Positions 43,905-49,993 of a DNA stretch of 49,993 nucleotides are shown piece by piece (the first letter of the stretch is position 1; every line of letters begins with the position of its first letter). This stretch comes from an uncultured virus (IMG/VR IMGVR_UViG_2061766007_001334) (lineage: Duplodnaviria > Heunggongvirae > Uroviricota > Caudoviricetes), in the IMG/VR virus record IMGVR_UViG_2061766007_001334; one strand, written 5' to 3'. The position numbers were made by a program, and so were the translations under genes. Under the pieces are notes generated by a model. It saw nothing but the letters and a program-made list of their open reading frames with translations, was not told where the DNA came from and did no database searches.

Positions 43905-44213
43905 CGCTCGATTATCTCGCTAATGACAACTCGGGCGGTGTAGCCTTTAATGAACTTGTAGACGAAGGCGGATGCGCGGTTCTCGGTCGTGAAATTCGCC
44001 GCAAACTCCAGCGCTTCCATGAGATTGTCGCTGGTGTGCAAGATTTCGTCTTCGGCGTTGTAGACTGCGTAATGCTCCTTCTTTGCGGCTTGCGCCGCAC
44101 GGCTTGGCGCGGGAGCGCCTTCGCCCAAAGGTTTAAGGATTAGGGTGTCGCCTTCGGCGGACACCGAACAAAGCGTGACGGCTCCCACCTGAATCGCGTT
44201 GCTCGCGTAGTTG
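43901..44213 (-). CDS. DGR target protein 2, 3' part (end of VR2 plus ~90-aa C-terminal extension)
   Basis: NYASNAIQVGAVTL CSVSAEGD...ISEIIER*; the first 44 nt match the TR 3' end. Confidence 0.8.
44144..44165 (-). promoter_or_regulatory. GC-rich hairpin 4 nt downstream of VR2 (DGR target-recognition element candidate)
   Basis: Minus strand GGTGTC-C-GCC-GAA-GGC-GACACC: 9-bp stem, 1-nt bulge, GAA loop. Confidence 0.7.
44170..44213 (-). repeat. DGR variable repeat VR2, 3' part
   Basis: Reverse complement aligns ungapped to TR 35040-35083 at 38/44, with a 19-nt perfect run TCAGGTGGGAGCCGTCACG; 5 of 6 mismatches are at TR adenines. Confidence 0.9.
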
Positions 44214-44223
44214 NNNNNNNNNN

Positions 44224-44349
44224 TTGTTTACCAAAGAGGAACTGGAGCAGATGCGCCAGATGAAGAATCAGGGCGCGACCTACAAGGAGATCGGAGAAAT
44301 GTTCGGAAGGTCGGAAGCTACCGTCCAAAACAAGTTCTCGAGGCTCGGC
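44224..44349 (+). CDS. helix-turn-helix protein fragment
   Basis: FTKEELEQMRQMKNQGATYKEIGEMFGRSEATVQNKFSRL. Confidence 0.7.
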
Positions 44350-44451
44350 NNNNNNNNNNAAGCACCTCTACAATCTCGGCTACCGTATCGAGAATAACCA
44401 GATCGTGATTGTGGAGAAACGGGTTGTGAATATCAAATCTGTTCTGGAAGA

Positions 44452-44673
44452 ATGAAAAATGTAAGACTATGCCTCCTGTTCCTGCTCGGCGCTTTTGCCG
44501 CCGGATGTGTGTTTTCGTATGTTCAAGGACTGGAGGAGGGCGCTCACGGCGAATGGTGGGTGCTGATTATCGCTGCCGCAGCCGGTATTTCCTGCTGGCT
44601 TCTCGGTCGGTTGTGGGACAGGCGCGGCAAGCTGCCGGATGAAGTGTTGAACCGTAATAATGACAGAGCGTAA
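44452..44673 (+). CDS. small two-transmembrane protein
   Basis: 73 aa with two hydrophobic segments. Confidence 0.6.
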   Translation: MKNVRLCLLFLLGAFAAGCVFSYVQGLEEGAHGEWWVLIIAAAAGISCWLLGRLWDRRGKLPDEVLNRNNDRA

Positions 44674-45089
44674 TGGAAAAAACATTGAAAGTTATTGCCG
44701 TCCTTCTGTCCCGGGTGTTAGGGATGATGAGCGGCGAAAATAGCGGCGATATTCTCGCCAGCGCAGAGGCGGTGGTCGACGCGCAGACACCGCCCAGCGA
44801 AGATGAGGGCGTGGAAAAAGTCTACCGGGCATATCCGACGAAATGCCCCGTCCGTGGTACGGCTACGGGAAAATGCCAGAAGAATAAGAACCAGATTCGT
44901 ACCCTGCTGAAAAAGCACACCCCGGACGAACTTGTTTGGACGATAAACCGATACATCGACGAGTGTACCCGCGGAAATGTCTATATCAAGAATTTCGGGA
45001 CATTCCTAAACCAACTCCCGGACTATTCGGATGAAATGCCGCCGGTTGAAGTTGCCTCATCCATTCCGAGGCCAAGACCGCAGGAGTAA
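44673..45089 (+). CDS. replication initiator / replisome organiser-like protein
   Basis: VYRAYPTK...YIKNFGTFLNQ pattern; directly upstream of the primase. Confidence 0.5.
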   Translation: MEKTLKVIAVLLSRVLGMMSGENSGDILASAEAVVDAQTPPSEDEGVEKVYRAYPTKCPVRGTATGKCQKNKNQIRTLLKKHTPDELVWTINRYIDECTRGNVYIKNFGTFLNQLPDYSDEMPPVEVASSIPRPRPQE

Positions 45090-45092
45090 GCG

Positions 45093-46055
45093 ATGATCAA
45101 CGAGCAAACCATTCGGCAGTATTGGAGCATCTTTCGGTCGGACGGTCAGCTTGTGGAGATTCGCATTCTCGGTGGCGGCAAAACATGGTCAGGATACTTT
45201 ACCGATGTCGAGGCCGCAATAGAGTCCATTCGTTCTTTCGACGGCTACGGAATCTATGCGACCATCAACCCGGTAAAAGCGGCGTGTTACAGTCGTTCCC
45301 AGCGTGACCATATCGAGCAGAGGCCGAAGGCCACAACTTCGGACACCGACATCGACTATCGAACCACGCTGCTGATCGACATCGACCCGAAACGCCCGGC
45401 GGACACCAACGCCTCCGCAGAAGAGGTCGAGGCGGCGCACAGGACGGCGGTCGCGGTTTACAACTTCCTTCTGGAGCAAGGCTTTGAGCGCCCGGTCGTC
45501 GCTTTCTCTGCCAACGGATACCACCTGTACTACCGGGTGTATCTGGCCAACACGGTCGAGATAGCCACGCTGGTCAAGAATTTCTTGGCGGCGCTCGATA
45601 TGCTCTTCACAGACGATGTTGTAAGCATCGACACCAGCGTATTCAACGCAAGCCGCATCGCCAAGCTGATCGGCACGACATCCAATAAGGGCACAAACAC
45701 CCCGGAGAGGCCGCAGCGCCTTTCGGAGTTCCGTTCCGTCCCCGTCGAATACCGCACGACGGACATTGCCTACATCCGCAAGGTTGCCGCCCTGCTGCCG
45801 GAGCCGGAGCCCCCGTCCCGCTTCAACGGCTATTCNNNNNNNNNNNNNNNNNNNNNNNNNNNNNNNNNNGATTCATCAACCAGCACGGGATCGAGGTTGT
45901 CAAGCGATCATCCTTCGGGCAGGGCGAAAAGCTGGTCTTGAGGGAGTGCCCGTTCAACGCGAACCACAAGGCCCCGGACGCGGCGCTCTTTCGGATGAAC
46001 TCCGGCGCTATCGGCTTCAAGTGCCTCCACAACTCCTGTCAGCATTACGGCTGGC
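45093..46055 (+). CDS. AEP-type primase plus Zn-binding domain; N-terminal half of a primase-helicase fusion
   Basis: LLIDIDPKRP and FSANGYHLYY; after a gap ECPFNANH...FKCLHNSCQHYGW; the last 18 nt overlap the reverse complement of 49976-49993. Confidence 0.75.
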
Positions 46056-46065
46056 NNNNNNNNNN

Positions 46066-46444
46066 TGGGCAAACCATTCTTCCCATTGCTCCTTGATCTC
46101 CGGCGCGACCTTCTCGCAAGTCCAGAACCATTGGCCCGGGCCGAAAATCTTGCCGCCAACCGCGTTGAGGATTTTAATGAGGCCATCCTTGATACTGTCG
46201 TACAGGTCGATGAACTCCTTGCGCGTAGGGCAGCGGAATGCAACGCCCGGCAACGCCGCGAGTTTCACTTTGGCCGCAACCTCCTGCGCCTCGTCGAACT
46301 TGTATTCATCATCGGTAAATTTCTTCTGGAAGACCAGCGCTTTGCCGTCATCCTNNNNNNNNNNNNNNNNNNNNNGGACTTCAACCATTCCTCCGGCGCA
46401 ACAAGCTGGTTCGTGCCGGGCTTCACAACATAGAGTTTTTCCAT
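46066..46444 (-). CDS. DGR target protein 2, 5' part (CLec / DUF1566-like motifs)
   Basis: MEKLYVVKPG...FRCPTRKEFIDLY...WFWTCE...EEWFA; ends at a gap in TGGTTTGCCCA, identical to TR 34972-34982 and in the same frame. Confidence 0.75.
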
Positions 46445-46445
46445 A

Positions 46446-46949
46446 TTAGTATTCTTCTTCGTAAGCAATAATAATCAAGACAATGCCGACAAGAATAGCG
46501 ATATAGCTCACGAGCCTCCACCATCCCCACATTGCATTGTCTGGGTAACGGGATATTCCATCGGGAATAGTAAGCTGTGTCCCGCTTTCGCCGTTGTCTG
46601 TCAGCGACTCTCGGACTTTCATCAGTACATTCGACTTTTCAAGCTGCGTCCCATCAAGACAATCTCGCAGCTCGCCTTGACACGCCTTGATGTTTTGATA
46701 CCAGAAGCCGATATTTTCGTCCTCGGTTTTCCAGAGGACGGAAGTGTAGCCATCCGTGAGATTATGGCTCTCGATATAGACAAGGGCATTATCTATGCGG
46801 ACGAGCGCGAGCTCTGCGGTATTCGCGTCCGCAGCCTGTTTGAGATACCCAGCGCATTGCTGGTCGAACTTAATACTTTTTACAACGCAGATCGTTGGCA
46901 CAATAAGGCCAGCGAAGATCAGGACGATCCCGAACAATGCTTTTTTCAT
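46446..46949 (-). CDS. membrane protein with transmembrane segments at both ends
   Basis: 167 aa; CAGYLKQAADANT. Confidence 0.75.
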   Translation of the reverse strand: MKKALFGIVLIFAGLIVPTICVVKSIKFDQQCAGYLKQAADANTAELALVRIDNALVYIESHNLTDGYTSVLWKTEDENIGFWYQNIKACQGELRDCLDGTQLEKSNVLMKVRESLTDNGESGTQLTIPDGISRYPDNAMWGWWRLVSYIAILVGIVLIIIAYEEEY

Positions 46950-46981
46950 ATTGAATCTTTTTTGTGTTTTTTCAAAATTCG

Positions 46982-47164
46982 TTAATCATAATCTTCGGAC
47001 GCATAGAACATTTGTCCGCATTCGAGGCAACGGGCGGAATACTCTGTTATTCCGTCGTGGGTTTCGTGGTCGTCGATTTCGTCGACGATGACCTCTTCGC
47101 CGCAGGAAGGGCAATCACATCTTAACAAATCGCCATCCCTGTACAATTTGGCTGTCATGCTCAT
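46982..47164 (-). CDS. Zn-ribbon protein
   Basis: CPSCG...CLECG. Confidence 0.7.
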   Translation of the reverse strand: MSMTAKLYRDGDLLRCDCPSCGEEVIVDEIDDHETHDGITEYSARCLECGQMFYASEDYD

Positions 47165-47166
47165 AG

Positions 47167-47786
47167 CTAACCCTCTTCTTTGGGAAGATCAATGATGTCG
47201 GAGATTTTGATTCTCCAGCCGTTAACGACAAGGTATCTTTCGCCGTTGTCGTTGTCGTCGCGGTAGATGAAGCAACCCTTGCCGCAGGGAGCCGGATGCC
47301 ACTTCGGGGATTCGTCGCGGATGGGCACTTTTGCGGCATCTATGATCTTCCGCGTCCACCCCTTAACGAAGCCAGCCGGGATTGGGCACTCCAGATCAGC
47401 GTAGTCCGCCAACATTTCGCAAAGCACATTTTCGAGAGGAGATAACTTGATGTCCATGATCTTCATTATCTCCTCCTGCGCGTTGTGGAAATTCTTGGCC
47501 ATTTCCTTCTTGGCGGAACCGAGGAGGCGTTCTGCTATGCTTCGCACCCTTTCGTTGTCGTATTTCCACCCTCTTTCTTGCTGTGCGCCCTCGAGAAACC
47601 CCTTGATCTCTCCCTCGAACTCACTCAATTCGGAAGCGATATACAGTTCGGAATCCTTCTCTATGACCAAGCCGCGTTTCTTGCCGTCGTAGCCATATAA
47701 TATCGCCTCTTCGTTATTCTCCCCCTGATTGATTCGGACGGCAACGCACGGCTCGCCGTTCCGCTTGAAATCCCAGCACATGACGG
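47167..47786 (-). CDS. hypothetical protein, 3' part (5' part is probably 48711-48802 on +)
   Basis: VMCWDFKRNGEP...IDLPKEEG*. Confidence 0.6.
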
Positions 47787-47796
47787 NNNNNNNNNN

Positions 47797-48045
47797 GACA
47801 TCGCTATCGAGGAAATGGCTGAGTTGACCGTTGCGTTGGAGCATTTCCGCCGTGGCCGCGCCACGATGGAGGAAGTCCAGACGGAAATCGCCGATGTGAC
47901 CATCTGCTGCCTGCAACTCGTCCAGATGTTCGGCGAGGAAGGCTGCAACGACCAGTTTGCCTACAAGCTGGAACGACTGAAACAACGACTTGAAGAATCG
48001 AAGCAAAATGAGAAGGAAAAGAGCGTACCGAAAGACGGTGCTTAA
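47797..48045 (+). CDS. MazG-like nucleotide pyrophosphohydrolase, 3' part (5' part is 48834-48903 on -)
   Basis: DIAIEEMAEL...EEVQTEIADV: EExxE and ExxD acidic motifs. Confidence 0.75.
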   Translation, partial: DIAIEEMAELTVALEHFRRGRATMEEVQTEIADVTICCLQLVQMFGEEGCNDQFAYKLERLKQRLEESKQNEKEKSVPKDGA

Positions 48046-48183
48046 AATCTACATCGCCCTTCTTACCGCACCGAGGACGGTATCTTGGAAGGGTAATGCC
48101 TGTGTGTCCCCAAAGGACTATCTTAACTGCGCAAAGGAATTTGCGCGTGAATATCTGGAGAATATCAACAAACCCGTGGAAAA

Positions 48184-48345
48184 ATGAAACCGACAGAGAG
48201 AGAAATTTACGATGTGCTCAACCAATGCGTTGAGGCGGAAGAAACCGGCGAAAGTAGATGGCCGGGCATGAGCTACGAACAGGGTGTAAAGGCTGGTATC
48301 GAATGGGTGCTCGGCCAGACAACCGACAACCCGTTGGACGACTAA
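48184..48345 (+). CDS. small hypothetical protein
   Basis: MKPTEREIYDVLNQC...WPGMSYEQGVKAGIEWVLG. Confidence 0.65.
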   Translation: MKPTEREIYDVLNQCVEAEETGESRWPGMSYEQGVKAGIEWVLGQTTDNPLDD

Positions 48346-48439
48346 CAACCGGGGCGCGGAAAAGAGGCAATCTGGACAGCGCTGGATCGTGACTCTGGAA
48401 AGCCAAGTACGCGCCCCTTCCTTAAATAAATGTCGGTCT

Positions 48440-48709
48440 ATGGAAATGAAACACCAAGATGGCTATAAGCCGTCTGCGGAAGAAACCGCAAAACTCAACG
48501 AGTTTATGTCATGGCTTGTAGATAACGGCTATGACGGGATTGTAATCATCCGCAAGGGCGATGTCGCCGTATCGTGGCTCCATGCGGAGAATGCAGAGGA
48601 AATCAAACACGCCCTTCTTAATTCCGCCTCGCACATCTTCCAAGAATCCGCAGAAGCCGGGATGGACTTTGCGAAAGGAATCTGTTTAGCCGCAAAGGAA
48701 CTGATGTGA
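48440..48709 (+). CDS. hypothetical protein
   Basis: MEMKHQDGY..., about 89 aa. Confidence 0.55.
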   Translation: MEMKHQDGYKPSAEETAKLNEFMSWLVDNGYDGIVIIRKGDVAVSWLHAENAEEIKHALLNSASHIFQESAEAGMDFAKGICLAAKELM

Positions 48710-48902
48710 TATGGAAGTAATCTCTGTTTTTAACATCGAGTACCGCCCTGCTATCGAAGCGGGTACTTACAGGCTGGTCATCGGCAAAGAGCGGCAGACC
48801 CCNNNNNNNNNNNNNNNNNNNNNNNNNNNNNNNTGACCTGTGCGTAGAAGCCCCGTTGCTTAATAGCGTCTGCGCAAAGCGCGTTGATTTCTTCTTTCTT
48901 CA

Positions 48903-49991
48903 TTATAGGGGTAAATCATCAAAATCATCTTCGTAGATGGCCGGGGAATCATCCCAGCCGTAAACGATATTCTCCGCCATTTCGTTCTTGATCCGGCGGG
49001 TTTCCTTTTCGTAGTACAACCCTATCAGCGCATCGACAACGCCCATAGAGCGGTTTTTCGCAACCTCGATGACCACATCATAGCCCATCAACTCCATAAC
49101 CTTCTGCGCACCGAAAAAGTCCTTTGCGCGGCGCTCAAAGTCGTTGCCGACACGGTGGGAGATAAGCAGATTGTCGCAGAGGTTCGTAAGGTTGGCGGTT
49201 CCGGCGATGGATTCCTTGCGGAGTAGCTGGAAGGATTGCTCCTTGCGCGGGTGGCAGACGATCAGCACATGGATGTTCGCCTCCTTCGCATAGCGCTTGA
49301 TGTCCTTGATGAACCGGGTTTCCTTCTCATTGGAAGAGCCACCCTGCGTGTCGTCGAGGTCGAGCGTCATCAGGTTATCCAGCAGCACAAGCTGAACGCC
49401 GCTCTCCTTTACGATGTCCTGTATGTCCGCAAAGAGATTCGTCCAGTTGTCGCCGTAGTCGTTGTTGTAGAGCCAGAACTTCCCGGCAAGCCAGTTGTTG
49501 ATACGCTCCGCAACGGCCTTCGGCGCGTAGTACAGATTCTCAAATCCCTGCTTCGGTACGACATTCGCCTTGCCTGCGGCCATCTGGTCGAGCCAGCCTT
49601 GAAACCTGAATCCCTGCAACTCCCCAGACCATGCCGCGACCTTGTAGCCACGGTTGGCGGCGTTTAGGATGAAGTGGTCGATAATGGTTGTCTTCCCGGA
49701 GCCCGACATACCCGAAAGGATGGTCACATCGCCGAGCGAGAATCCCATTATCCTGCGGTCGAGTTCCTCGATGCCTGACGGGATTGACACCAGCTTTGAC
49801 GGATCGTTCCATGCTATGTCGCCCATCTGGAGCCATTTCTTTCCGCGCTCGTCCTCCTTGACGGATTCGGGCTGCTTGGGTGCTGCGGTCTGGCCGTAGT
49901 ATTGGCGTTTCTGCCTGTGCTCCTCGCGGAAATGCGGATCGTAGGCCGTCGGGTCGAAATGCAGCCGGAAGTCGCGCCAGCCGTAATGCTG
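48903..49991 (-). CDS. DnaB-like SF4 replicative helicase; C-terminal half of the primase-helicase fusion
   Basis: IPSGIEELDRRIMG, Walker A GMSGSGKT, LVLLDNL, LIVCHPRK, KNR; frame is open to the window edge. Confidence 0.9.
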   Translation of the reverse strand, partial: QHYGWRDFRLHFDPTAYDPHFREEHRQKRQYYGQTAAPKQPESVKEDERGKKWLQMGDIAWNDPSKLVSIPSGIEELDRRIMGFSLGDVTILSGMSGSGKTTIIDHFILNAANRGYKVAAWSGELQGFRFQGWLDQMAAGKANVVPKQGFENLYYAPKAVAERINNWLAGKFWLYNNDYGDNWTNLFADIQDIVKESGVQLVLLDNLMTLDLDDTQGGSSNEKETRFIKDIKRYAKEANIHVLIVCHPRKEQSFQLLRKESIAGTANLTNLCDNLLISHRVGNDFERRAKDFFGAQKVMELMGYDVVIEVAKNRSMGVVDALIGLYYEKETRRIKNEMAENIVYGWDDSPAIYEDDFDDLPL

Positions 49992-49993
49992 AC

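Noticed and set aside
44224..48802. Opposite-strand blocks suggesting an invertible (shufflon-like) system
   Set aside because: Every boundary is an N gap, no recombinase or flanking inverted repeats are seen, and re-ordering repairs broken genes.

Overview
Near-complete, heavily gapped scaffold of a tailed, siphovirus-like dsDNA phage. TAnnTTTG promoter boxes and AT-rich leaders lacking Shine-Dalgarno sites suggest a Bacteroidota host (inference). Layout: a small + strand block with a D5-type helicase (1-5.3 kb); minus-strand packaging genes (RusA-like nuclease, minor head protein, portal, terminase large subunit; 5.4-9.6 kb); divergent + strand head, tail and tail-fibre genes (9.7-34.4 kb); a diversity-generating retroelement, DGR (target VR, Avd, TR, RT; 33.1-36.4 kb); lysis genes (36.7-38.6 kb); and an early/replication region (38.7-50 kb) in which at least two contigs appear misplaced or flipped. 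Main result: the DGR appears to have two targets. One is the adjacent tail-region gene. The other is a variable repeat about 9 kb away on the opposite strand, inside a small gene of the non-structural region. It is internal to the reading frame, is followed by a GC hairpin embedded in coding sequence, and is hidden because the assembler placed an unrelated contig in the middle of it. Also notable: a ~245-nt densely base-paired intergenic RNA candidate (2021-2264) and an AEP primase-Zn finger-DnaB helicase fusion split across the scaffold. No integrase, tRNA or CRISPR array was seen. All product calls come from motifs and synteny; no database search was run.
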